A stretch of DNA of 64,000 bases from an uncultured bacterium (GCA_963727715.1 CAVSGX010000003.1:157-64156); one strand, 5' to 3'. Shown: positions 9,355 through 19,607, counted from the stretch's first letter. Notes: generated by a model not told the origin, from the sequence alone. Translations and numbers: made by a program.

Positions 9355-9740
9355 TTGGTTAAAAGGGTTTTGATAGTGGCTTGCAGAACTTCCGATATGC
9401 CCGTAGCGGCCAAAATAACACCGACTCCGATAAGTGACCAAAGAAGATTCTGTTTAGCATCTTTTATTTCTTGAGGATTGCCTTTGGCCTGGACAAACTT
9501 AAAACCGGCCCAGATGACCCAGACAACGCAAGCCACTCCGGCAATGGGCATAATGATGTTAGTTAAGATGGCTGTCAACAAAGTCAAAAGAGTGCAGTCA
9601 CCGCCAGCCCCACCACAATTGAAAGGATTCGGGATGCTGACGGATTGATTAAAATCTTGGGCGTGCGTTGCAAACGGTAAAATGATAAGGAACAAAACCA
9701 CAACCCCGAACAAATATCTTGCGTATTTTTTTCTTTTCAT
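9351..9740 (-). CDS. VirB2/TrbC-like pilin paralog E
   Basis: 129 aa; signal peptide ends THA then Q; CGGAGGDC disulfide-like motif; two TM helices; loop QAKGNPQEIKDAKQNLLWS. Confidence 0.55.
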   Translation of the reverse strand: MKRKKYARYLFGVVVLFLIILPFATHAQDFNQSVSIPNPFNCGGAGGDCTLLTLLTAILTNIIMPIAGVACVVWVIWAGFKFVQAKGNPQEIKDAKQNLLWSLIGVGVILAATGISEVLQATIKTLLTK

Positions 9741-9759
9741 ATTTTTAAAATTGTTTAAA

Positions 9760-10194
9760 TTACTTCAAAAGTTGTGGGACACCAGTACCGGCTGTTAAAG
9801 TGGTCATAATCAGATTTATTACCAACCAAGCTCCCAAAACCCAGAAAATACCCCAAAGAACTTTGACAAACATATCGTTAGCCTCTTTTCGTTTGTCCGG
9901 TTTACCTCCAGATGTCAGGTAAATATAACCGGCATAGACAATAACGATCACAGAAAAAGGTAGAGCAACACTAACCACGGCAAAGTTTGTGACTTGTTTA
10001 ACTGCATCAATCAATTGGGCAAAAGTGCTACAAGGACCACCGCCTGGACAAACATAAGATATTCCACTTGGTTTTCCTAGACCCTGCTGGTCTTGAGCTG
10101 TGATCGAAGTCGTAGGTATCAAAACAAAAAGAACAAAAATAACTACCAAAATTTTTTCACCAATATTCTTCCTTGTTCCTTTTAGAAATTTCAT
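9760..10194 (-). CDS. VirB2/TrbC-like pilin paralog F
   Basis: 144 aa; signal peptide ends ITA then Q; CPGGGPC motif; two TM helices; loop TSGGKPDKRKEANDMFVKVLWG. Confidence 0.55.
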   Translation of the reverse strand: MKFLKGTRKNIGEKILVVIFVLFVLIPTTSITAQDQQGLGKPSGISYVCPGGGPCSTFAQLIDAVKQVTNFAVVSVALPFSVIVIVYAGYIYLTSGGKPDKRKEANDMFVKVLWGIFWVLGAWLVINLIMTTLTAGTGVPQLLK

Positions 10195-10198
10195 GCTT

Positions 10199-11488
10199 TT
10201 ATTTTAACGCATCATTTAAATTTTGACTAGCTGAGTTTACAGAGTCGCTGATTTGGGACTGGCCACTGGTTATGGAATTTATCATACTGCCGAAGATACT
10301 GGACGTTTGCGAAGGATCCGGATCAACAAACGATCTTGCGATCAAGGCCGAATTGTAGAAAACCACGCGATATGGATCTGTCGGCAGATTGGACAAAAGA
10401 TCTCGACGGGCTGACGGCAGATTCGTTTGAGCTTCCAGAGCTGTCAGGGCGGCCGGCTCGGTCAGTGAAGTGACCAAAGTAAAAGCTCCTGCCACAGATT
10501 TGGATTGTTTGACAATGGCTGTGGCATAAATATGAGCGAAATCTATCTTATTTGTCCCACCGCGAATCTGCGGAATATCCGTGACATCAAAGTTTAAATT
10601 CGGATTTTTCTGTTGGACGGGAAAAAGTTCGCTGGCTTCTCCGACATACATAGCCAGATTGCCGGAAAGGAAAAAGTTTAAAGAAGAAGGTAAAGCTCTG
10701 TTCCAACTGTAATAAGCTGAAGTTGGGTTGGAAAATTGGGTGTAAAAATTCAAAGCCGACTCTGCCGGAGAAATCGCTTGGCCGGAATTTTCGTCCAAAA
10801 ACGAAGAGTATTTTTTTTGAGTGGAGTCGTAGCTTACAATCGGCGTGCCGGCTTGCAGAAAAAGTAAAGACAAAATTTCTTTGGCGTTTGTCACATTATC
10901 CCATTCACCAAAAGAGATAGCGCTTTGGGAGATATCGGCCGAGCTGTCTTTGATTGTGATTTTCCCGGTCAAGTTGTAAAGCTCGTCCCAATATTTCGGC
11001 GGGGTGGCGACCAGAGAGTTCCCAAAAAGATCGCGATTCCAGTACAAAACCAACGGATCAACATAAAGAGGCAAAGCGGTAACACCATCTGGCGTCAAAA
11101 ACATTTCAGCTTCTTGGGTGAAAGTATCTTTGAATGTTCTTTCGGAATAACTCGTGTAAGGTATAACTAAAAGTCTGTTTCGGTTTTTGTAGAGAGAATC
11201 TTCGCGCATGACCACCACATCCGGCCCGGTGCCGTCTGCCAAAGCTTCTATAAAATCGGTATCAAAACTGCTCTGATTTTTTTGGATATAATTTACATTG
11301 ATGTATTTATTTTTACTGACAGAAGATGCTTTGTATAAAGTAGTCCATTCGTCTTGAGACATAACCCCCCAAACTTTCAGATTGTACGTTGTTTGTCCGG
11401 CGCCGGCTTTGTACATAGCAAAAAGTATCACTCCAACGACGATGCTGACCGAGAAAATGGCAATGACGACGATTTTAAAATTACTCAT
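10199..11488 (-). CDS. Membrane-anchored extracellular solute-binding-protein-like (SBP_bac_1/MalE-like fold) protein
   Basis: 429 aa; N-terminal TM anchor; motifs GPDVVVMREDSL, LYWNRDLFG, KYWDELYNLTGK typical of family-1 ABC substrate-binding proteins; no permease or ATPase genes adjacent. Confidence 0.5.
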   Translation of the reverse strand: MSNFKIVVIAIFSVSIVVGVILFAMYKAGAGQTTYNLKVWGVMSQDEWTTLYKASSVSKNKYINVNYIQKNQSSFDTDFIEALADGTGPDVVVMREDSLYKNRNRLLVIPYTSYSERTFKDTFTQEAEMFLTPDGVTALPLYVDPLVLYWNRDLFGNSLVATPPKYWDELYNLTGKITIKDSSADISQSAISFGEWDNVTNAKEILSLLFLQAGTPIVSYDSTQKKYSSFLDENSGQAISPAESALNFYTQFSNPTSAYYSWNRALPSSLNFFLSGNLAMYVGEASELFPVQQKNPNLNFDVTDIPQIRGGTNKIDFAHIYATAIVKQSKSVAGAFTLVTSLTEPAALTALEAQTNLPSARRDLLSNLPTDPYRVVFYNSALIARSFVDPDPSQTSSIFGSMINSITSGQSQISDSVNSASQNLNDALK

Positions 11489-12012
11489 AATTTCTTGAAA
11501 ATTAAACCGTAATGATGAGGACCAGCAACAATTTCTCTATCCAAATGAAAACCGTTTTTTTCAAACATTTCTTGAGCGTCTTTTTTTAGAAAAACTTTTT
11601 CCGGCGCTGGGCCGATACCGCCGAAAGAATCGTTCCAATCCACAACCAAAACTCGTCCATTCGGTCTAAGAATCCGTTTGATTTCATCCAAAACAGCCTG
11701 CTTTTGTTCCAACTGAAAAAGAATGTTAGTCAAAAACACCAAATCAATAGAAGCGTCTGCCAAATGTGTGCCAGACGGTTTTTCAACGTCCCCCCAAATA
11801 ATTTCGACATTGTACAAACCCTGCGAAATGGCTTGGTTTCTTATTTTAACCAACAGGTCTTTTTGAACATCAATAGCATAAACTCGGCCGGTGGCGATCA
11901 AAGCTCTGGCCGCGGCGATAGTGTAAAAACCGGAACCGGCGCCGAAATCGGCGATTTCCATTCCAGCCTGTATACCGCAACTTTCCATAATTTTTTGAGG
12001 GTCAGAGAACAT
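11485..12012 (-). CDS. Class I SAM-dependent methyltransferase
   Basis: Motif I IADFGAGSGFYTIAAARA; post-I acidic residue in YAIDVQ; start trimmed because the longer ORF runs into the palindromic repeat at 12060-12225. Confidence 0.7.
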   Translation of the reverse strand: MFSDPQKIMESCGIQAGMEIADFGAGSGFYTIAAARALIATGRVYAIDVQKDLLVKIRNQAISQGLYNVEIIWGDVEKPSGTHLADASIDLVFLTNILFQLEQKQAVLDEIKRILRPNGRVLVVDWNDSFGGIGPAPEKVFLKKDAQEMFEKNGFHLDREIVAGPHHYGLIFKKL

Positions 12013-12059
12013 ATCTATATTATAGTATGAAAATTTATAAATGAAAAGAAAAAAGTGGA

Positions 12060-12225
12060 CAAATCTCACATCATTTTTATTTTTTGGAGACGAAAGCTCG
12101 GCCAGCGCCGAGCTTTCTCGGTCCTCGCCTCGGATTTGTCAAGAGCCCTCGCAAAGCTCGGGTCATTGACAAAACCAGCTCCTCGCCTGCGGATGCTCCA
12201 AAAAATAAAAATGATGTGAGATTTG
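12060..12225. repeat. MITE-like element with 26-bp perfect terminal inverted repeats and a GC-rich core (family C)
   Basis: CAAATCTCACATCATTTTTATTTTTT at one end and its exact reverse complement at the other, flanking a GC-rich core with internal hairpins (GCTCGGCCAGCGCCGAGC). Confidence 0.6.
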
Positions 12226-12506
12226 TTAAGTTGTGATTTCAATATAAAAAATAAATTCCAATCAACACTTAAGTTTTTCGGGACAGTTTTTTCTTTTCAG
12301 GATTTTGTCTGGGGGTCAATCCTTGTAATCGATTTCTTTCGCAATCACTTATGAACTGAGCATTTGCCAAATGAATATTTTCATCTACCTTAGATCCGAG
12401 AACCCTCGCCTCATCGGCCAATCTCAATTCTCTCAATTCTTTCATCAAAGGATCATCATCTGAATGATCGCACGAATAGGACATATTGCCTCCGATAAGA
12501 AATATA

Positions 12507-14984
12507 CTACAAACAAATTAGAGATGCAATCGAATCCCCTTCTCGTAATTTCATTATCCGAACGCCTTGAGTCTGACGGCCGAGGGTTGGAATTTCTTTG
12601 ACGTCAACACGAATGACTTGCGATTTTTTGGAAATGGAGACGACTTCGGCGTCGCCGCCTTCAAAAACTTTGGCTGAAATAAGAATGCCTGTTTTGGACG
12701 TCACTTTGGCTGTTTTGATACCTGATCCGCCACGTTTCTGGATTTTGTACTCGTCAACATCTGTGCGCTTGCCGTAGCCGTTTTGAGAGATGACCATCAG
12801 CGTCGGCGTGTCCGATTCCTTGTGAATAACATCGGAAGAAATAACATAATCGCCTTTTTTCAAACGCATCCCACGCACACCCATTGAAGTTCGGCCTGTC
12901 TCGCGGATATCCGACTCGCGGAAATGAATGGCCTGACCTTTGGCCGTGACGATCATATTGGTATCGCCTTTGTGAACGAAGGAAGCTGAAATGAGTTCGT
13001 CGCCCGGATCCAGTGTGATGGCGATAATGCCGGAGATGCGCACATCGCTGAAGCTGGCCGCTTTGCATTTTTTGATTACACCCTGTTTGGTGACCATAAG
13101 AAGTGAGGCGTCGGATTTTTTAACTTCTTTCGGCATCGGCAAAATGGAAGTGATTTTCTCACCTTCGGAAAGTGGCAAAAAGTTTTGAACAGACTTGCCA
13201 CGCGTGGCCCTGCGACCCTCCGGAATGTCGTACATTTTGGTTTGGTAAGCTTTGCCACGATCGGTGAAGAACAAAAGGTCGCTGTGTGTGGAAGCGAGTA
13301 AAAGAGTCGTCACGAAGTCTTCCTCTTTGGTGTCCAGATCTACTACGCCGACTCCCCCGCGTTTTTGTTTGCGGAATTCATCTGGGTTGGTGCGTTTGAT
13401 ATAACCGCCGGCTGTCAGTACCAGCGCGTTTTCCTCGTCTGGCACTAAATCCTCGACAGACAAAACCTGCGCGCCACCTTTTATGATGCGGGTGCATCTG
13501 TCGTCGCCGTATTTTTCTTTGATGGCCTTGGACTCATCTTTGATGATTGACAAAATCTTTTTAGCGCTGGCCAAAATGGTTTTCAACTCCTCAATCAAAA
13601 GTTCCACCGCTTTGAGTTCATCTTCCACTTTTTTGCGTTCCAGTCCGGCCAAACGTTGCAATTTCATTTCCAAAATAGCCGTGGCTTGAATAGTCGAAAA
13701 TTTGAATTCTTTCATCAAGTTTCGATGAGCCTCCATTGTATCTTTTGAAGCGCGAATAAGTTTGACGATAGCGTCAATGTGGTCCAGAGCTTTTTTCAGG
13801 CCGAGCAAAATATGCTCGCGCTCCAAAGCTTTTTTCAAATCAAATTCTGTCCGACGACGGATGATTTCTTTGCGGTGTTTTATAAATTCCTCCAGGATGT
13901 CCTTGAGCGACAGCGTCTGTGGCACGCCGTCAACCAGTGCGACCATATTGTAGTGGAAAGGATCTTCCAGTTGAGTGTGTTTGTATAAAAAGTTCAGAAC
14001 TGTCTGTGGGTGAGCCGTGCCTTTGAGATCAATAACAATGCGGATGTCGTTGGTTGATTCGTCTCGGATATCTTTAACACCCTCCAGTTTTTTGTTACGG
14101 ATTAAATCAACGATTTTTACTATCAACTCTGATTTGTTGACGCGGAAAGGAATGGAGGTGATGACGATTTGAAAATTACCAGCTTTGTTCTCCACAATTT
14201 CGGCCGCTCCTCTAATCACCACCCCGCCTTTGCCTGTGGCGTAAGCGTGAGCGATGTCTTTTTGTCCGAAAGCGATAACCGGACCACAACCGAGCGGGAA
14301 ATCCGGACCTTTGACGAACTGCAGAAGATCCTCTGTGGTGGCGTCAGGATTGTCCGCCAAATGTATCGTGGCGTCCATCACTTCGTTTAGATTGTGCGGG
14401 GGGATGTTCGTAGCCATGCCGACGGCGATACCGAGTGTGCCGTTTAAAAGAAGGTTTGGCACGGCGGATGGCAGAACAGTCGGCTCTTTTTTGGTACCGT
14501 CATAATTCGGCACAAAATTAACTGTTTCTTTTTCTATGTCGCGTAAAATTTCGGCGCAGATTTTTGACATCTTGGCCTCGGTGTAACGCATGGCTGCCGG
14601 TGGGTCGCCATCAATGTTCCCGAAGTTACCTTGGCCGATAACCAGTGGATAGCGCATGGTGAAAGGTTGAGCCATTTTGACCAGAGAATCGTAAATGGCC
14701 ACATCGCCATGCGGGTGGTAGTTGCCCATGGTGTCGGAGACAGGCACAGCCGACTTGCGTGTTTTGCCACCAGCGGTCAGGTTTGCCTCGTTCATTGCAA
14801 AAAGGATGCGACGATGCACCGGCTTGAGGCCATCTCGTACATTCGGCAAGGCGCGGTCGGTGATGACCGACATAGCGTAGTCTATGAAAGACTCTTTCAT
14901 TTCGGTCGTGATTTCACGCTGGATCACACTTACTCTCTGTGGTAATTCACCACCCTCAGCAATTTTTGTGTCGTTTTTAGCCAT
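12507..14984 (-). CDS. gyrA: DNA gyrase subunit A
   Basis: 825 aa; [25 protein letters not shown]; active-site Tyr region; C-terminal beta-pinwheel repeats. Confidence 0.92.
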   Translation of the reverse strand: MAKNDTKIAEGGELPQRVSVIQREITTEMKESFIDYAMSVITDRALPNVRDGLKPVHRRILFAMNEANLTAGGKTRKSAVPVSDTMGNYHPHGDVAIYDSLVKMAQPFTMRYPLVIGQGNFGNIDGDPPAAMRYTEAKMSKICAEILRDIEKETVNFVPNYDGTKKEPTVLPSAVPNLLLNGTLGIAVGMATNIPPHNLNEVMDATIHLADNPDATTEDLLQFVKGPDFPLGCGPVIAFGQKDIAHAYATGKGGVVIRGAAEIVENKAGNFQIVITSIPFRVNKSELIVKIVDLIRNKKLEGVKDIRDESTNDIRIVIDLKGTAHPQTVLNFLYKHTQLEDPFHYNMVALVDGVPQTLSLKDILEEFIKHRKEIIRRRTEFDLKKALEREHILLGLKKALDHIDAIVKLIRASKDTMEAHRNLMKEFKFSTIQATAILEMKLQRLAGLERKKVEDELKAVELLIEELKTILASAKKILSIIKDESKAIKEKYGDDRCTRIIKGGAQVLSVEDLVPDEENALVLTAGGYIKRTNPDEFRKQKRGGVGVVDLDTKEEDFVTTLLLASTHSDLLFFTDRGKAYQTKMYDIPEGRRATRGKSVQNFLPLSEGEKITSILPMPKEVKKSDASLLMVTKQGVIKKCKAASFSDVRISGIIAITLDPGDELISASFVHKGDTNMIVTAKGQAIHFRESDIRETGRTSMGVRGMRLKKGDYVISSDVIHKESDTPTLMVISQNGYGKRTDVDEYKIQKRGGSGIKTAKVTSKTGILISAKVFEGGDAEVVSISKKSQVIRVDVKEIPTLGRQTQGVRIMKLREGDSIASLICL

Positions 14985-15048
14985 AAATTATAAAGGTATT
15001 ATAGCATATTGTCGTTTAAAATTCAAAGCGAATTTTGTGAATTCGGGA

Positions 15049-15273
15049 CACAAAACCACACACAATTATTTTTCAGAGCACGGATAAATTTCTGCTGAAA
15101 TTTTCCTTTCGCTCAGCGATCAAGAAAACAATCAACTCTGATTCGTAGCTCTCCGCAAACAGCCTCGGCCGCCCCTTCTTTCAGAGGGGTCGCTGCTACG
15201 AGCTTACTTCATCCTCACTGTTGTTTTCTAATTGCTTCTGCAGTCTCTGAAGAATAATTGTGTGTGGTTTTGT
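15049..15273. repeat. MITE-like palindromic repeat, family A, copy 1
   Basis: TIR ACAAAACCACACACAATTATT..TCAGAG at both ends; conserved core CACGGATA..CTCGCTCAGCGATCAAGAAAACAATC..CGTAGC..GTTGTTTTCTAATTGC..GCAGTCTCTGAA with internal long inverted repeat (CAAGAAAACAA / TTGTTTTCT). Confidence 0.65.
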
Positions 15274-15299
15274 TAGTGCCAGATTCGAGTACGAAAAAA

Positions 15300-15922
15300 C
15301 TCCCATCTGCGTAATTGCAGACGAGAGTTGTGTGTGGAGGGGGGCGACTACTTATTCATTGCTAAGTTCGCAGTGTCTGCGAGCTTGAAGCTTTGTAACG
15401 TTCATCACCCCACTCTCCCTTGGTTTTGAAAGACATTTTTAATTCCCTTCAGCAGGCCTACGTTAGTTCGGCCAGATATCAGGAATCTACTAGTGCCCTT
15501 CTGGGTGGCCAAATGTCACCCGTATCGAGATTTTGGGTCAATCGGTGACCCGGTCCGGATTGGTAACTTTTAAGTTACCGACGCATCTAAATTCCCGAGT
15601 AACGCCCCGGGAAGAGGGTCACCCGCCCGGGATCCTAACTCGAACAAATTAAGGGGCGGGGCCCAGTGTCATTTCTTGTATTCCTGCCCGAGGAGATATC
15701 CGTCTGCGTTCATCACGCAAGTTTGGTAGGTTTTGCCGTACCTTTACCGGCCTCTTTTCGGGTGCGGGGGCTAGATACCCTCCTTTGGGCGCTAATTTTT
15801 AGGTGTAGCAGCCCTCATCCCGATCATCGTGATCGGAACCGCCGAAGATTTTTCCATGTCTTCGGTCAGGATTGGGTCCTAGTTTCCTAGGCCCGGCCCG
15901 ATTTCAGACGAGTCAAAGGCAT
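15300..15922 (+). ncRNA. rnpB: GC-rich structured noncoding region with RNase P RNA-like motifs (candidate rnpB); boundaries uncertain
   Basis: No credible ORF and GC well above local background. Motifs: GGTCCGGATTGG (P4 5' strand-like), GAGTAACGCC (P8/P9 GGUAACGCC), GGGTGCGG (P11-like GGUGCGG), GGCCCGGCCCGATTT (P4 3' strand-like CCCGGCUUA); many local hairpins. Confidence 0.35.
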
Positions 15923-16956
15923 CCCCTAGCCACCTTTGAAGTAGGACAGTTAGAATTAATGCATTAGTCGAAAATTAATTTTAATTGTCATATGAAAAAC
16001 AAATATCATCATTTGTCTTTTGAAGAGAGGTTTTGTATTGAAAAGATGTATTGCGCCGGTTCGGCCATTCGCAAAATTGCCGAATTTCTCGGTCGGAGTG
16101 TCAACACTGTGAGCAGAGAAATACAAAAACACAGTGTTAATGGGGTGTATGAAGCGGAAAAAGCCAAGCAGAAAGTTTCAATGAAAAGATGGCGAGCCAA
16201 ACAGCAGTGTCTGAAAGTGGCGCTTGACCCGTTTCTCTGTCGATTCGTGGTGGAACGATTAACCAAGCCGTATCATTGGTCGCCGAAGCAGATTAGCGGG
16301 TATCTTGAATGTGAAATGGGTATCATCTGCTCGGCCAAAGCCATATACAAATTTGCCGAGTCGAGAGGTCTAAACCACCTGCTTTTTTGGGGTTGGAACA
16401 ATCACAAGGGTGGGAGAAAACGAAATCATTGGAAGCACATTCAGGATGGCAGGAAGTATATTGATGTCAGACCGGAGAGAAAAGGTCTAGGACACATTGA
16501 GCTCGATTTCATCGTTTCCAAAGACAGTTCGTGGGTACTTTTGGTTGCTGTGGATTGGCAAGCCAAAAGAACATGGGTCAGGAAACTGCCCAACAGAAAA
16601 CGCGACACTATTCGTGCCGCGCTTTCCCGTCTGTTCCATGGTGTTGAATTGAAGAGCATCACCACAGACAACGATATTGCATTCACCTGTTGGAAAGAGT
16701 TGGAAACTCTCCTGCAAGTGCCAATCTATTTTACACATCCATACCATTCTTGGGAAAAAGGTCTGGTGGAAAACACCAACAGATGGATCAGATGTTTTGT
16801 GCCTAAACGAAGAGATATTGAGTCAGTCACTGAGGAAGAATTGCAAGAAATACATTCCTTCCTAAACAACCGACCGAGAGAAGTGATTGGCTTCCGCGCG
16901 CCAATGAGTTATTATTCAAACATTAGTTCTGTCCTACTTGAGGGGTAATTGGAGGC
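15923..16956 (+). mobile_element. IS30-family insertion sequence, copy 1
   Basis: Boundaries taken from identity with the second copy at 36785-37830 (shared ends CCCCTAGCCACCTTTGAAGTAGGAC ... GTCCTACTTGAGGGGTAATTGGAGGC); single transposase ORF. Confidence 0.8.
15992..16948 (+). CDS. IS30-family DDE transposase
   Basis: 318 aa; N-terminal HTH; C-terminal DDE region (..DNDIAFTCW..E..) typical of IS30 transposases; about 99% identical to the copy at 36756-37751. Confidence 0.85.
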   Translation: MKNKYHHLSFEERFCIEKMYCAGSAIRKIAEFLGRSVNTVSREIQKHSVNGVYEAEKAKQKVSMKRWRAKQQCLKVALDPFLCRFVVERLTKPYHWSPKQISGYLECEMGIICSAKAIYKFAESRGLNHLLFWGWNNHKGGRKRNHWKHIQDGRKYIDVRPERKGLGHIELDFIVSKDSSWVLLVAVDWQAKRTWVRKLPNRKRDTIRAALSRLFHGVELKSITTDNDIAFTCWKELETLLQVPIYFTHPYHSWEKGLVENTNRWIRCFVPKRRDIESVTEEELQEIHSFLNNRPREVIGFRAPMSYYSNISSVLLEG

Positions 16957-17151
16957 ATCATATTCCGCAATAAGCCTATCACAGAATAAAAAATCTGTCA
17001 AGTGATTTTGGAAAAAAAAGCAAAATTCTTTTTCTGAATTCAAAAATAACCTTATTTTAAGCCATTTTTGAGAGGTCAAAAAATATTGAGTAATTTTTGT
17101 TTTTTGTTCTTTTCCAACTTTTTACCACGAACACTTTAAATTTCTGGTCAC

Positions 17152-19431
17152 TCACTTTGCCACTGCCACAGCTTCGTCAAAAGCCACCGAGAGCAGTTTG
17201 GAACCGCCGTTTTGGTTCATTGTCACGCCGTAAAGAATGCCGGCACGGGACATTGTTTCGCGATTGTGAGTGATGACGATGAGTTGGGAAAATTTGGAAA
17301 GGTTCTCCAGCATATCGGCGTATTTTTTTGAGTTGGCTTCGTCGAGGGCCGCGTCGGTTTCGTCCAAAATAATAAATGGTGGAGGATTGACTTGAGAGAT
17401 GGCAAAAAGCAAAGCGATGGATGTCAAAGCTCTCTCGCCTCCGGAAAGCATCATCAAACCTTTGACTTTCTTTTTCGGCAGAACAACTTCTATTTCAATT
17501 CCCTCTTCTTCTTTATCATCCTCAGCAAATTCTTCCTCTTCATTTGTTTGTGTTTGTTCCATATCTAAGTTTTCATCGCCAAACAAAAGGGTGTCATCTC
17601 TACTTTTCTTTTTTACTATTTTAATAATTGTCAGTTCCGCCTTTCCTCCGCCAAACATCAAAACAAAATAATCTTGGAATTGGGCGTTTATTTTTTCTAC
17701 GCCGATTTTAAACTCGCTATTCAAACGACCGTCCAAGTCAGCGATGAGTTCGGTCAAAGAATCAGCTGATTTTTCCAGATCGGTCAACTCCCTGGAAAGA
17801 AAAGCATCTCGCTCGGAAATTTCGTTGTACTCTTTCAAAACATCGGCTCCACCGACGTTGTCGCTGTCTTCCAAACGGATTTTTATCTTCTCAATTGTTC
17901 GCCTTCGCTCCTCCTGTTTTTCGCGCGGTTCGGAAAAATCAAAAACAAGCAACTGAAATTGCAAAACAGCTGGTCCGAGCATCATAGAAAGTTCGGTTAT
18001 TTCTCTTTTGAAATCATCTCGAACAATGCGCAAAGTTTCTTCCTCACTGGCTAGGGCGCGCAAATCGGAGTGCACTTCCTGTTCTTCGGCCATAATCCGA
18101 AAAACCGCTTTCTCGGCGTCACGGCCGGAATCTTTCTCCTTATTTATTTTTTCCTGCAAAGCCGAATACTCGGCTGAAAGTTTTTGTTCTTCGTCGACAA
18201 TTTTTTGCATTTGCTCGGCCACCATCTTTTTGTCATCAGCCAAAACATCTAAATCTTTTTGAGCTTCGCCGAGAAGAGTGGTGTCCACCTTGTCTTTGTT
18301 GTTGTCAATGAATTCGGAAATGGCGGAACTTATTTCATCCAGCGCCTTTAAAATCATCTCCATGTTTTGCAAATTTTTTGCGCCGGATATTTTTTGATTG
18401 ACATTTTGGTAAAGGGCTTCCACCGAAACCAGTGTGACGGTTTTGTGAAGATATGAATTGGCGATTTCCTCCTGTTTTTTTATCATTCGCGACAGAGAAA
18501 TAATTTCTCCATCCAGCCGTCCCGACTCGCGCAAAAGCTCGTCTTTTTTCTGGCGAACAGCCGAGAGTTCATTCCCCAAAGAAATTAGTTTGTTGCTGGT
18601 CAAATCGCGGTGCTCGGCATTTTCCAAAATATTTTTGGCGGTTTCAAGTTCTTTTTTCAAACGATCTTCCTCTTTTTTTAATGGTCTCTTTTTTTCTTCA
18701 ATTTCAGTTGTTTTGCGTTTGATGTATTCATCCTCTCGTCGCAAATATTCCATGGCCTGCTCGTGCAATTCTTCTTTCATCCGTAAAGTTTTCTGGTTTT
18801 TCTCCACCTGCTTTTTCAAAAATTTAATGTGGGGCAAAATTTCCCGACGCAAAGATTCCACTTGCCGAATATTTTCACGCGTCTTTTCCAATTTTTTCTG
18901 GCTTTCCTGTTTTTTGTATTGGTACATCTTCAAACCCAAAGCGTCCTCAATCATTTCCCGACGCTCTTTCGGACTTGCTCCCAAGATTCTGTCAGCCTCG
19001 CCTTGCGAGATAATGTGATGACCGGAGGCGCCGATGTGAGCCGAAGCCAAAAGTTCAACCACATCGCGCAGACGCACCTGCGAGCCATTAATCAAATATT
19101 CATTCACTCCATCGCGGTGAACTACCCGTTCCACTAAAACATCTTCAAAATCAATAGGCAGAAATTTTTTGCTGTTATCAAAAACAACTTTGACTGAAGC
19201 CCGACCGGCTCTGGGCAAATCTCCCACTCCGTTCCAAATCAAATCCTCACCGCGTTTGCCACGCAAAGATTTGATGGACTGCTCGCCGAGGACAAAACGA
19301 AATGCCTCGGCAATATTTGATTTGCCGGAACCATTTGGCCCGACGATAGCCGAAATCGGCGAAGAAAACAAAAGCTCGCTTTTCTTGGCGAAACTTTTAA
19401 AACCGGAGAGTTCGATGCTTTTCAGATACAT
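17152..19431 (-). CDS. smc: Chromosome segregation protein SMC (short form)
   Basis: Walker A GPNGSGKSNI; long coiled coils; signature LSGGERALTSIAL and Walker B FIILDETDAALD. Start trimmed to MYLKSIELSGFKSF because the upstream extension is translation of a MITE. Confidence 0.85.
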   Translation of the reverse strand: MYLKSIELSGFKSFAKKSELLFSSPISAIVGPNGSGKSNIAEAFRFVLGEQSIKSLRGKRGEDLIWNGVGDLPRAGRASVKVVFDNSKKFLPIDFEDVLVERVVHRDGVNEYLINGSQVRLRDVVELLASAHIGASGHHIISQGEADRILGASPKERREMIEDALGLKMYQYKKQESQKKLEKTRENIRQVESLRREILPHIKFLKKQVEKNQKTLRMKEELHEQAMEYLRREDEYIKRKTTEIEEKKRPLKKEEDRLKKELETAKNILENAEHRDLTSNKLISLGNELSAVRQKKDELLRESGRLDGEIISLSRMIKKQEEIANSYLHKTVTLVSVEALYQNVNQKISGAKNLQNMEMILKALDEISSAISEFIDNNKDKVDTTLLGEAQKDLDVLADDKKMVAEQMQKIVDEEQKLSAEYSALQEKINKEKDSGRDAEKAVFRIMAEEQEVHSDLRALASEEETLRIVRDDFKREITELSMMLGPAVLQFQLLVFDFSEPREKQEERRRTIEKIKIRLEDSDNVGGADVLKEYNEISERDAFLSRELTDLEKSADSLTELIADLDGRLNSEFKIGVEKINAQFQDYFVLMFGGGKAELTIIKIVKKKSRDDTLLFGDENLDMEQTQTNEEEEFAEDDKEEEGIEIEVVLPKKKVKGLMMLSGGERALTSIALLFAISQVNPPPFIILDETDAALDEANSKKYADMLENLSKFSQLIVITHNRETMSRAGILYGVTMNQNGGSKLLSVAFDEAVAVAK

Positions 19432-19459
19432 GAGAATATGATAACACAAATTTCTTTCT

Positions 19460-19607
19460 GCCAAAATCTTTTCCGCCACCAGAATAATTTTCTGGTGAAA
19501 ATTTTCTTCTCGCTCGTCGGTCAAGAAAACAATATCCTCGATGCGTATGCTCGCATCTATGTCTTTGTTTTCTAACCTCCTGCGCGATGTGCCGGAAAAG
19601 ATTTTGC
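19460..19607. repeat. MITE-like repeat, family A, copy 2 (internally deleted)
   Basis: TIR GCCAAAATCTTTTCCG / CGGAAAAGATTTTGC; retains the CTCGCTCGTCGGTCAAGAAAACAAT and GTTTTCTAACC core pieces. Confidence 0.5.

Noticed and set aside
12754-14945. Numerous 60-104 aa ORFs antisense to or out of frame within gyrA (similarly within smc, mrdA, leuS, dnaE)
   Set aside because: They are embedded in well-supported long conserved genes, have skewed composition and lack independent signals
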